Shown: one piece after another, positions 15,001 to 27,700 of the stretch
Layout of the letters: the number at the start of each line of letters is the position of its first letter
Position numbering within the stretch: position 1 is the stretch's first letter
Origin: Eledone cirrhosa
Lineage: Eukaryota
Reading direction: 5' to 3'
NCBI GenBank assembly: GCA_964016885.1
Contig: OZ024740.1
Coordinates: forward strand, 420,484,001 to 420,548,000
DNA length: 64,000 nucleotides
Translations under genes and position numbers: made by a program
Notes under the pieces: model-generated
The model's database searches: none
What the model saw: only the letters and a program-made list of their open reading frames with translations
Told to the model about the DNA's origin: nothing

Positions 15001-16525
15001 CTCAATAGGTGTGAACCCTAACAACTTTAGTAATAACTCCTCAACAGGTGTGAACCCTAACAACTTTAGTAATAACTCCTCAATAGGCGTGAACCCTAAC
15101 AACTTTAGTAATAACTCCTCAACAGATGTGAACCCTAAAAACTTTAGTAATAACTCCTCAATAGGCGTGAACCCTAACAACTTTAGTAATAACTCCTCAA
15201 TAGGTGTGAACTCTAACAACTTTAGTAATAACTCCTCAATAGGCGTGAACTCTAACAACTTTAGTAGTAACTCCTCAATAGGTGTGAACCCTAACAACTT
15301 TAGTAATAACTCCTCAATAGGCGTGAACCCTAACAACTTTAGTAATAACTCCTCAATAGGCGTGAACCCTAACAACTTTAGTAATAACTCCTCAATAGGC
15401 GTGAACCCTAACAACTTTAGTAATAACTCCTCAACAGGTGTGAACCCTAACAACTTTAGTAATAACTCCTCAATAGGCGTGAACCCTAACAACTTTAGTA
15501 ATAACTCCTCAATAGGCGTGAACCCTAACAACTTTAGTAATAACTCCTCAATAGGCGTGAACCCTAACAACTTTAGTAATAACTCCTCAACAGATGTGAA
15601 CCCTAAAAACTTTAGTAATAACTCCTCAATAGGCGTGAACCCTAACAACTTTAGTAATAACTCCTCAATAGGTGTGAACTCTAACAACTTTAGTAATAAC
15701 TCCTCAATAGGCGTGAACTCTAACAACTTTAGTAGTAACTCCTCAATAGGTGTGAACCCTAACAACTTTAGTAATAACTCCTCAATAGGCGTGAACCCTA
15801 ACAACTTTAGTAATAACTCCTCAATAGGCGTGAACCCTAACAACTTTAGTAATAACTCCTCAATAGGCGTGAACCCTAACAACTTTAGTAATAACTCCTC
15901 AACAGGTGTGAACCCTAACAACTTTAGTAATAACTCCTCAATAGGTGTGAACCCTAACAACTTTAGTAATAACTCCTCAATAGGTGTGAACCCTAACAAC
16001 TTTAGTAATAACTCCTCAATAGGTGTGAACCCTAACAACTTTAGTAATAACTCCTCAATAGGTGTGAACCCTAACAACTTTAGTAATAACTCCTCAATAG
16101 GTGTGAACCCTAACAACTTTAGTAATAACTCCTCAATAGGTGTGAACCCTAACAACTTTAGTAATAACTCCTCAATAGGTGTGAACCCTAACAACTTTAG
16201 TAATAACTCCTCAATAGGCGTGAACCCTAACAACTTTAGTAATAACTCCTCAATAGGCGTGAACCCTAACAACTTTAGTAATAACTCTTCAATAGGCGTG
16301 AACCCTAACAACTTTAGTAATAACTCCTCAATAGGCGTGAACCCTAACAACTTTAGTAATAACTCCTCAATAGGTGTGAACCCTAACAACTTTAGTAATA
16401 ACTCTTCAATAGGCGTGAACCCTAACAACTTTAGTAATAACTCTTCAACAGGCGTGAACCCTAACAACTTTAGTAATAACTCCTCAATAGGTGTGAACCC
16501 TAACAACTTTAGTAATAACTCCTCA
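1..16525. repeat. 39-bp satellite array (consensus aacaactttagtaataactcctcaa[c/t]agg[t/c]gtgaaccct), about 424 copies, open at the left window edge
   Basis: Direct tandem periodicity of 39 bp (13 codons: NNFSNNSS[I/T]GVNP on +, EELLLKLLGFTP[I/V] on -). Ends at ...ctcctca|gaaatattt near 16525. Confidence 0.99.
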
Positions 16526-16593
16526 GAAATATTTTTAAAATCTATTAATCTACCACTTACAAGCAAATATGAAAGTTATTGAATCCTCTCAGA

Positions 16594-17051
16594 CCTGGGC
16601 TCCTGAGTCTAACTTTACCCTACCCCTGGGCTCCTGAGTCTAACTTTACCCTCCACCTGGTCTCCTGAGTCTAACTTTACCCTCCACCTGGGCTCCTGAG
16701 TCTAACTTTACCCTCCACCTGGTCTCCTGAGTCTAACTTTTCCCTCCACCTGGGCTCCTGAATCTAACTTTACCCTCCACCTGGTCTCCTGAGTCTACCT
16801 TTACCCTCCACCTGGGCTCCTGAGTCTACCTTTACCCTCCAACTGGTCTACTGAGTCTAACTTTACCCTCCACCTTGTCTCCTGAGTCTAACTTTACCCT
16901 CCACCTTGTCTCCTGAGTCTAACATTACCCTCCACCTGGGCTCCTGAGTCTAACTTTACCCTCCACCTGGGCTCCTGAGTCTAACTTTACCCTCCCCCTT
17001 GTCTCCTGAGTCTAACTTTACCCTCCACCTGGGCTCCTGAGTCTAACTTTA
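16594..17051. repeat. 31-bp minisatellite (cctgggctcctgagtctaactttaccctcca), about 15 copies
   Basis: cctggg recurs at 16594, 16625 and so on with 31-bp spacing. Confidence 0.95.
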
Positions 17052-17825
17052 CATATATAGTTACATACACAGCTCAAGAGTAATGATAACAGACAGATTA
17101 ATGGGCAGAATCTCCACCACCCCTATCAGTATCAGCTGTGTGAGGGCCATACTGAACTTGTTCACTTGAATCGCTACTTTCCTCACCACTTTCACATGTT
17201 TCATTGTCTGTATCACTTGTCTATGTAAAGGTAAACTTGTTGAAATTCTTGCTCACTCTCATCCATAGAATTAATATTATCAATAATTTCCTCAACTGTA
17301 AAGAGTCTAGGCCTTGCTTGTTTACCAGACGAAATGCTTGGGTCATCACACACTCGTTTCATTGCCAAAAAAAATTCAATTTTTTTCTGATTAAAAACAA
17401 CAGCTATAGGGAATACCATTAACAATAAGTCATAAATACATGTAACTACAATGTGGTCTCGTGTTTATTTTTAGTATTTTATCTTCTTTTTCTACATGTT
17501 TAGTTCTTTACCACTTTAACAGGAATCTGGTAGAGATTAAGTTTAAGCTATTACTGGTATAGCAGGAACACAGCGCAACTGAATTAAATATTATAAAGCA
17601 TGTGTTTAGTTTCTTTCAGGGTTGATCTTATGATTAACTTTCTTTAATTAAACCAAACTATTAGCTACTTAACATTAAATATTAACCTTTTCGTTGTTAT
17701 TTTTCTAAAGAACTTCACTGCCTATTATCTAGAGGGATGTAGTAATATAACTAACTTTTTCATTATCTAGCTGGTGTTTGAAACATAATGTAACAAAGGT
17801 TTTTACATAAAATTTTGAGATATTT

Positions 17826-18096
17826 TCTAGGGCATTTTTAAACCTGGCAGAGCACATCTCCTTTCCAGGTCTGAATACAGTAGATTTCTTCCAGAGAGTG
17901 AGAGAATGGAAGTGAAAAAGAAATATAGAGGAAGAATCAACCCCAGTACTTGACTGGTACTTTTTTTATCAACCTTGAAAAGATGAAAGACAAACTTCAC
18001 CTCGGCAGGATTTGAATTCAGAGATCAGTGACCCAAAATAAATACCGCAAAGCAATCTATCTGACATTCTAACAACTCTGCCAATTGGCTGCCTAC
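17826..18096 (-). mobile_element. tRNA-derived SINE (central domain gcctttcatc...gataaaa.aagtaccag, MetaSINE-like)
   Basis: Homologous to 21536-21875, 48665-48918 and the + strand copy at 45072-45270. B-box-like gaattcaaatcc on the - strand. Confidence 0.7.
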
Positions 18097-18279
18097 TTAG
18101 ATAAATATAAACACTTTATAATAAACATAGAATCGGGGGCATATTTCAGACAGTTTGTTATCAAAAATGGTTAAAGATATAAAAAAAGAATATTTTGAAA
18201 ATAATTGAGTTTTCAGTTATTCATATTTATAACTTATTGCCATATTTTTTATATAGTTTTATTTGTTTCTATTTTTCAG

Positions 18280-18439
18280 TCAAGAAATGCAAAGTTCTTC
18301 AGATAAAGCAGTTTTAGAAGTCAGTCATTTAACGGTCTGTCCAACAGTAAATGCATTGGTAGCTCTTGAAGCTGTTCTTAACCCAACAAATGATGTGCAA
18401 CCATTCCTGGAACAGCTGCTTGTTATAGAGAAACTTGCA
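18280..18439 (+). CDS. MED24: MED24 exon (window exon 1): QEMQSS...PTVNALVALEAVLNPTNDVQPFLEQLLVIEKLA
   Basis: tttttcag| acceptor, |gtaaat donor, phase 2 start. Confidence 0.88.
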
Positions 18440-21400
18440 GTAAATAACTCAGATTTTCATTTCATTCCCCTCTTGTTTTTTTACATATTCTCTCTGCTGC
18501 CCCCCCCCCCCCTCCTCCTTCTTTTTCCTCTTCTTCTTCTTTTCTTTTTCTTCTTCTTCGTCGTCTTCGTCTCCTTCTTCTTCGTCTTCTTCGTCGTCTT
18601 CTTCTTCTTCTTCTTCTTCTTCTTCTTCTTCTTCTTCTTCTTCTTCTTTGTGATGTCCAAACAAGTATCCTCCACCTCCAACTAACTTACCCTCCGCCTC
18701 TTAGTCCCAGCTGACAGGAAGGGGAATACATTACCCCAGAGTATGGCAAAGCAGAAAAGCTGGAACAGCCACCCCATCTTGCAGTGCTCGCACCTGTGGG
18801 TAGCTAACTTTGCTCCGATAGCAGTGAGCCGAGATGTGATCTGTGGGCCAAGGATGTTGGAAGTCTCCACAGCTACAGGCTCTACCACAAACCTATCAGA
18901 GAGTGGCTGATCCTTGGACAGTTTACCATCTTTGACCTAGCTGACAGCAGAGTTTGAGCTGGTAGACAAGGTGTCATGGCATGTAGCATCCCAGATGAGA
19001 CGGAGGCCTACCCCTACGGAACGGAAAGATTGTCATGCCATCTCCTTTTGTCATCCCCTCAGTCCAGCGCCACTGGCTCCAGCCTGGAAAGGAAGCCATC
19101 TTGTATGGTCAATGATATCAATGATATTGTCATCTATTAATGATATCAATGATATTGTCATCTATTAATATCAATGATATTGTCATCTATTAATATCAAT
19201 GATATTGTCATCTATTAGTCAATGATATTGTCATCTGTTAATGATATCAATGATATTGTCATCTCTCAATGATGCCAATGATATTGTCATCTCTCAATGA
19301 TGCCAATGATATTGTCATGTCAATGATATCAGTCATATTGTCATCTATTAATGATATCAATGATATTGTCATCTATCAATGATATCAGTGATATTGTCAT
19401 CTATTAATGATATCAGTGATATTGTCATCTATTAATGATATCAATGATATTGTCCTCTATTAATGATATCAATGATATTGTCATCTATTAATGATATCAG
19501 TGATATTGTTGTTCCTGTTCTACTTTATGCCTGTGTTTTCTTTGTAGAAACTTAATCGTGCCAAGTTATACTGTGAATTAATGCGAGCCTGCTTTATGGG
19601 TTTAATTGACTCTAATGGTGGTCAAGAGGAACTTAAATGGGCAGCATTTACTTTCTTAAAAGTAAGTTTGGGCCTTTGGGGCTTTTTTATATTTGCAATT
19701 GTATAATATTGTACTTTTAATAGAAATTTGTTATATTTTCCAAATATATATCTTTTTATCCACTTCATCTTTGATTCCTAGTGTCGTAAGAAGTACGAAA
19801 CTAAGAACAGCAGATGGTCAAGTTAGTAGGGTACCAGACGTCTCATGAGAACTGCATGTGGTCAAATTAGTAGGGTACCAGATGTCTCATGAGAACTGCA
19901 TATGGTCAAGTTAGTAGGATACCAGACGTCTCATGAGAACTGCATATGATCAAGTTAGTATGGTACCAGACGTCTCATGAGAACTGCATTGGTCAAGTTA
20001 GTAGGGTACTGGACATCTCAAATTACTGGTACTATATTGTGCCTAATATACTTCACAACTGAGAACATCATATAGTCAAGTTAGTAGGGTACCAGATGTT
20101 TCATGAGAACTGCATATGGTCAAATTAGTAGAGTATTGGTCATCTCAAATTACTGGTATTATATTGTGTCTGAGATACTTAACTTTCCAAGTCCTATAAA
20201 TAAATACTGCAGAATAAAAACAGGTTGTTAATGTAAGCAATGACAGACCTGTAAAATTAGGAGTGTTTTCCTGGTTTACAATACTGTGTCCAATATCACT
20301 AGTGTGGAAAGTTACTTACGATAGACTAGTGTCCAATCCAGGGACAGATTTATCGCTCGTACTTAATGTCATAGGAAAAACAATCTACAAGATCCCAGAC
20401 CTCATTCACATACCGAGTGGGGCAGAACTTGTCAAATCTGACAAAGGAAACAGTATTTCCAATGGTCTTTTCATTGCTGATACTATCTACCAGTCATAAC
20501 TCTTGGCAGAAGGAGCAACATGAAATAAAATGTCTTGCTCAAGGACACAACGCATGACCTGGTCTGGTCCAGGAATTGAACACACAACCTCATGATTGTG
20601 AATCCAATTCTCTAACCAGTAAGACACATGCCTTCATATAATGTCATAGAAGCTGGTAATAATTACTAGCTCTACTCAAAAATATATTTCATATATGAGC
20701 TTTCCTTATAATGTCACTTATCTTTCTTTAACCCTTTCATTAAATTGTTATGGATATATAAGAATAGAAAAACTATGTGGAACAGTCTGTAAAGATAGAT
20801 ATTGATCTGTAATCTAAGTAGGTTTAACCCTTTAGCATTTACATTACTCTATATTTACAGTTGTATTTTTGTGGTAAAGGCTTTATCTCACATAATATTG
20901 AATCTATGAGATTTTGATATTATTTATTTTGAGAACAATACCTTAACATCAGTATGAGCAGCTGGTTATGGCCGGTTTGAACAAAAAGAGGTGAGAATTC
21001 TGGACAGTTATAGTTGGTTTAAATGTTAATGGGTTAAGGAAATATTCATAAATATGTTGTTTTTTTATCATCTTTACTTGTGATATAATTAAATTCGACA
21101 ATTTTTACTTTCCAGCTCCCACAAGTCTTACTACGTATTCAACGGCAATCACCTGGCCAGGACTTTTCTCATGAACTCGAAATGGGTTTTGATAGACTAT
21201 TAAGCTATGTACCTTTGTTGGATGTCACAGATTTACGGCTTAAGTAAGTATTTCTATTTTACAGTTTCATTGAAATAATCAACACTAAAAATGATGGTTA
21301 AATCTAATAAGTCTAAGTATGAACAAGTGTACTGCAGAGTACTGATTTGATGTTGAGGAAATATCATTATCATCTCTTTCAGCTTCTTTCTAATGTTTGT

Positions 21401-24400
21401 ATTGATGGTATGGTTGTTGTTGTTGTTGCTTTGGCTGAGGAATAAGATTTATTTTATTGTTTAGTCAGAAGCAGAAGGGGCAGTGTTCCTGACCCCTTTT
21501 TCGGGACCTGTGAAACTAATAGAAGGGAGGCTTGCTTGGTCCTGTAGCTCCTGAGAGAGTCATAGAGACACCGTATTGACATACAGTGTTTCTAGGACAT
21601 GTTTTAAACATGGCAGAGGCTATCTCCTTTCCATGCCTGAATACAGCAGATTTCTTCTAGAGAAAGATAGAGGGAGAGAATGGAAGTGAGAAAGAGATAT
21701 AGAGGAAGAATTGACCCCAATAATTGACTGGTACTTTTTTTTTTTTATCGATCTTGAATGGATGAAATCAAAGTTGACCTCTGCAGAATTTCAGCTCAAA
21801 GAGCAGAGAGCCAAAACGAATAACGCAAAACATTCTATCCGATATACTAACAACACTTCCAACTCACTACCTCAACAGCATTGATATTCTTTCTGTTGTA
21901 GGGGTAAGGTGCAGCTGTTAGGTACCTTCAAATTCTGATGGTGTCTAACAGGTAAGAAAAAATGGAGAGACAAGATTCAATTAATTACATATTGTTTTGT
22001 AATATTAAAGGCTGCGAGTTTATAAGAAGGTGTGGTGTGTTTTAATGAAAATTATTCTGTATTAAAAATGAAAGACTCTGTTTCAGAAAACATACTCATC
22101 ATTGTCATTTTTTAATATTTTTCCTATTACTAACAATCAGCTAGTACTACTTTTATTTTTATCTTCCTTTTGTCTATACTCAGTTGCTCAATCTTAGGTA
22201 ACCATTTAGTGTTTATTCACATAAATACTTTATACTTCTAGGTATGTAAGATCTGGTGATAATCGTTAGAATAGGCTTCACTGATGAGATCAAATAAGAC
22301 CAAAACATTCTTATTATTACCTCCTCAGTGAAACCTAGTCTTTACTGTACATGTAGAAGTAATGATGATAAAATCACTTAATAAATATACAAGGTTGTAC
22401 AATGGTTGGTGTAGGAAAGTAGAATTGTTTATAGTTTAAAGATGTTCTATACATGAAAGATTATGTAAGTTTGTGTTCATTTCATCTCATCTTCAGCCTT
22501 GGAAAGTCTGTTGTTAGACATAGGCCTTCTCTCTTTCCAAGTCTTTCCTCAAATGTTATGCTATGGTTTAAGGTATCTGGTGGATGATATTTTGTATCAT
22601 CTCATCTTGAGCCCTAGAAAGTCCATTGTTAGACATAAACCTTCCCCAAGTTGCACCTTCATTGCTGATCCTCAGCCATTCATGGCCAAAATTTTTCAAT
22701 TTTCTCAAGGTCTTCTGGCGACCCCATTTTTCTTATGTGACCTCGTAAGGTCCAGAAGGTGACGTGGGTGGTCCATCTATTGTCAGTCATTCTGGCAATG
22801 TGTCCTGTCCACTTCCATTTTGCTTTACTAATGATTTCTAGGATGTCACAAACTTCTGTTTTTGTTTTCTTGGATCCATTTGGCAGTTTTTCGATCTCAC
22901 CATGTGATGTTTAACATGTTAGTGCTAACATACTTAATTCTGAGAGCCCAAAATATCTTAACTCTAAATAAATATGTAGCAAGGAAAATCAATATTAGTC
23001 ATCAATTCACATTATTTATTTCTTTTCAGCAAACACAGAGGGTGAGGGGGAAATTCTGGACATATTTAGTTGTAAAATAAAAACACATTCCGTAATGAAC
23101 TCAGTAAATTGGTACAGTTTATCTGTATGTAAACTATGTCTATGTGAAAAGTAAATAATGATGAAATCTCAACTATAAAATGTCTAACTTCTCTAGTCAG
23201 CAAAAAGACTTAGTTTCAAAAATCCTAGTTGTGGACAAAGTTGAGCAAATACCTTCTTTTTTAAGTTAAAAATATTGAAATCCAAGCTCAGACTTGTTAT
23301 AATGATAATAGCATTAGAAAATTGTGTGTAAAATAGTATTTAAATTGGCTATATCCAGGCAGAATTCTCTCATCTCTTTCTATTCAAACTGGCTGTAACC
23401 GGATGCTCATACTGATGTTATGGTATTGTTCTCAAAATAAATGTTATCAAAATCTCATACATTCGATATTATGTAAAATGAAGCTTTTACCGTGAAAATA
23501 CAATAATATATATAGAGTAATGTAAATGTTAAAGGGTTAAGGACGGAAAATATGTGGCTGTAAGCCACTACAAAGGATCAAATTCTTTTGAATTCCAGTC
23601 AAGTGTGTTAATCTTTATACCAAATGGCAGCTGACAACAGTTTTTGTCCAAATTAGAAACTATATTTGTCTTCCCCATTTGGTGGCTGTTGTAGTCCAGT
23701 TTGGTATGTCGAATTTGGGAAGGTGGCTGGTCTGTTTCAGTATGCCAAATTTGGAAAATGGTAATCTTTTAAGGGTTTATGGTCTGAAAAGGACTTAATC
23801 TAGTCCTGATCATAATTGATATTCTAAAGCAATTAGATAATGTTTGCTCCTTTTTTTACTTATATGTGTCTATGGTCACATGCAGTTTAATATAGAAATA
23901 CAAATGTATTTATTAATTCTACCTTATTTATTCATCAGCTAATTGATTGACAAATCTATAAAAGAATGTATGACAAAAACGTGTGTATATCATCATCATC
24001 ACTGTTTTAATGTCCATTTTCCATATTAGCATGGTGTATATAAAAATTGAAATAGAAGGCTTTGCCGTAACCTTTTGACTACATAAGATATCTAATAACA
24101 GAGTGTATAAACCCACTGAATGGGGTAAAAATGGGTATCAGCTTACGTGGGAAGCCACACCTTTTGTTGGCATTTAGTGAAAAAGTTATGGAGAAGCATT
24201 CTATTACAATTTCAAACTCCACTCGCTGCTTTCTAAACATACTTCATTTCATTCATTTCATTTTACGTCCGCTTTTCCCTGCTTGCAAGGGTGGGACGGG
24301 AACTGATTCTGGCTTGATTTCTACAGCTGGATGCCCTTCCTAACACCAACCTCATTTACAGTGAGTGCTGGGTGCTTTTTTTTGCCATGGCACCTCCACG

Positions 24401-24690
24401 ACCACTTTACAGTGGAATAATAGGGCCCCCAGTCCCTATCATCTCATTTCTACAGCTGAGTAAACTGGAGCAATGTGAAATAAAGTGTCTTGCTCAAGGA
24501 AACAACACATCACCCGGTCTGAGAATTACTAAAATTAAAAGATCAAGACATTTAATCACTGACAATTGTTTCTTCTTATAGGAAGTTGTTTTATTTAACA
24601 ATCTGCTATCAGTTAGCACAAACCATAGAAATCATCAGAGTTTATTTAAAATCCAAGTAAATGAGTAAAGTTTACTCTCATAAATATTAC

Positions 24691-24749
<59 letters not shown>

Positions 24750-27700
24750 TACATACGTTTTTGTCATATATTAATGCAACATTCTTTTATATATATTCAC
24801 ATGCCTGTATATTTTATTTAAGGTGAATATAGTTCAGTGTGTTTCCTAACTCTGTTAAAAAGGGTTTGCATCATTTTTAGCTCATATTTGAAGAGGTCTG
24901 AAATGGCCGTGTTATTTTAGTGTTTTATTTTCTTGATACCAGTGCTTCAAGTAGCAGGTTTGTATAATTTCTTCTTGAGTATTATTTTGAGTCTCATATT
25001 GCAGTTTTAACATTTTGTTATCTGAATATTCCTAAAATTAAGTTAAGTATTTTACTTACCTTCATAACCAAGTGGGAAATCTCTGCTTTTACACAATTTA
25101 AGAGGTTTCCCTTTCAGAGATTTGCATATTTTTAGTGGATAATTGTAATGTACTTTGAGTTTATTGAACTGCTAATAGTTTTATGGCATTTTGGGAAAAA
25201 TTCCAAATAATGTACTAGTATATAACTATTTTAAATAAAATATTTGAATTAATATTAAGTTATTAAAAGACAATGTAAACCTTTTGCCTTTTAAAAACAC
25301 GGCTAACATCTAATGTCATATCATGATTAACCTCCACTTCTATTGATATATCATGTACATAACAAACCTGATGTGTGTGGAACAAGGTTCCATCATGACA
25401 GGAGGTTTTACTGTGGTGAAATGGTACAGTAGTTAGAGCAGTATAGACTAATAGATAGGTTTGAAAATATTGGAAGAAGCCAGGAGCAATATCAGGTCAC
25501 TAGGATAGAAGCTAGATCTAGAGTGTACTTTGGCAACAAGAGAAGCTGAATTGCCAATATTCTGCAATGAAAGGATCAGAGATGTTAGAGATAACAAGAC
25601 AGTGTGTCAGTACTAATGAAGTGGTTGTTGTAGAAAAGTGTTTACAGAATAATAACAGCATACTTAACCTTTGTGATGCTGACATGGAAATGTTAATATG
25701 AGAAGTTGCCGAATAGAAGAGAAAAAGAGTCTACTCTACATAGACTCAACAGAAGGACGTGCTATACAGTCAAAAGATCTGAAGACAAAGAAAACATTTG
25801 AACCACATTACAAGGTGGACTGGGTGCTTTTTGTTGTGTCACTAACATGGCCACCTTACAGGGTGGACTAGGTGCTCTTTTGTTGTGTCACCAACATGAC
25901 CACTTTACAGGGTGGACAGGGTGCTCTTTTATCATGTCACCAACATGACCACTTTACAGGGTGGACTGGGCGCTTTTTGTCATGTAACCAATATGACCAT
26001 TTTTACAGGGTGGACTGGGTGCTCTTTTGTCATGTCACCAGCATGAGCCAGTAGTTGTTATCACAATTTTCTACTTTTTTTCTTTTTTAATAAATTTGTT
26101 CATAAATTTTTTTCTAAACTTAATAATTCACTGAACATAGCCTGAAGCTTATATTTTATGCACAAGAAAACACCAGAACTCTACAGATTTTTAAACATCT
26201 TAATTATTTCATTATCTATTTATCCATCAGTAACTGAGCTTCACCATGTATTTTGTATTTAAAGAATACAACTATAGAATATTCTATATATGAAATATAT
26301 TTGTTTTTTTTCTGGTTATTATATCTTATTTGTAAATTCTCTTTGCAGCTGTGACTGTGTTACATTTTTGTTGAAGGAGTGCCAGAAGTATTCCTTGCTA
26401 ACTGAAATACAGGGCTCTAGATTGCAGCAACGCAGGTTAGTTTCTGTGGCCAGTAAACTCCATCTTTCACTTACCGTCTCTCTACACCCCCCTGTTGAGC
26501 TAGGGACTGATGTTATGCAGCCTGCACCATTATTGAGTTCAATGTAAGTCCCCAACTAAGCAACAGTTAATTATTATCATTCATCTTATATCTTCTCCGT
26601 TACTCAGCAGATATTCAGTGAATATTTCTGTGAATTATTTGATTATGCTTTTTGCTGTCTTCGCTTGACAAGGAAATATTTTAATATGAAAGAAATGAGC
26701 TAATATTAAATGTTATTTATTTAATTTACCAATACTCTTGGAAATATCTTAATGGAATTGTTTTCGTCCACATGGCTAAGGCACCAGGTAATAGCACATT
26801 TGGTAGAGTGGTTGGACAGGAATCACAAGGTTTAGAGTTTAATTACCTCTTCTTATCCACAAGATTCATCTCCAAATTTTCCTATTTGTGAATATAACAA
26901 CTATTTAGGGGAAAGCATGTGTTGATGATTAAAAAACGAATTTTAAATTGCTTAATTATCTATTATGATGAATGATTAAATTATATATACAAGATGAGGG
27001 TGACGTCTTCTCCCTCTTTCTGTCTCACACATACTCTCTCTCTGTAAACAAATGACGTTCCTTTTCTCTATGTATGTACATCTCTTTCGCTTGATGCTCC
27101 CCCCTCTCTATATATTCATTTTATTATTGCTAAATAGCGAGTTTTGTTACTCGTCTGGATAAAGAGGCAAAACTCCTGGGTAACCAGACTCACTATTTAG
27201 CCTTAATAAAATGAATATTTAAACTCTACTTAGGTATTGAGTACTCTTTTCTTTCAGCCATCAATTACATACAGATATATATATATATATATATATAATG
27301 TGGCTCTGTAGCATTATTTAAATACTGCCTTATATATAATCTCATTATTTTATTATGTTTAAATGAAAGGGTTTTATTAATACCTGTGAAATATTCTGTT
27401 CATAACCACAAAATTTAGCCAACACACTGAGTGCAGGCTGGTTATTACATCTACCATCGCTCCTGGTTGTAAATCTATCCTCTTTTACATTTGAGATATT
27501 TTTTAGAAATGTAGTAAATTGACAATCTGAAATATTTCCTCATTTATTTTCTTTCTAATTTATTTTAACTGTACTAAAAGTATTATTTCTATGTCTTTGT
27601 GTACTATATTATCATTTTGTTGATCAAGCCACCACATTTTAGAGCAGTTACCACAGGGATTATAGGTAAGTCAGTGTGTATTGGTTATTGAACTCCAATA

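Noticed and set aside
881-16566. Hundreds of LxxLL motifs (LLKLL) antisense to a Mediator subunit
   Set aside because: This is an expected by-product of reverse-complemented AAC/AAT/AGT codons; there is no evidence of antisense expression.
31-16582. Giant Asn/Ser-rich (+) and Leu-rich (-) ORFs as protein-coding genes or as part of MED24
   Set aside because: They arise from a 39-bp unit that is a multiple of 3 with few routes to a stop. Starts are non-ATG, there are no unique domains, and variants show no synonymous bias. The open + frame does not match the phase-2 MED24 intron at the AG|GT sites.
17213-17425. 70-aa - strand ORF with a piggyBac-like acidic N-terminus (FTVEEIIDNINSMDESEQEF)
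   Set aside because: Resemblance is weak, with no catalytic domain or TTAA/TIR found; it cannot be supported without a search.
18449-18681. Poly-Glu, poly-Lys and poly-Phe ORFs
   Set aside because: They are translations of the (TTC)n microsatellite.
22272-22338. Second hammerhead candidate (CTGATGA-gatc-aaataa-gacc-AAAA) within an inverted repeat
   Set aside because: GAAA is mutated, and there is no stem III or NUH triplet before the stem I partner. At best it is a decayed relic.
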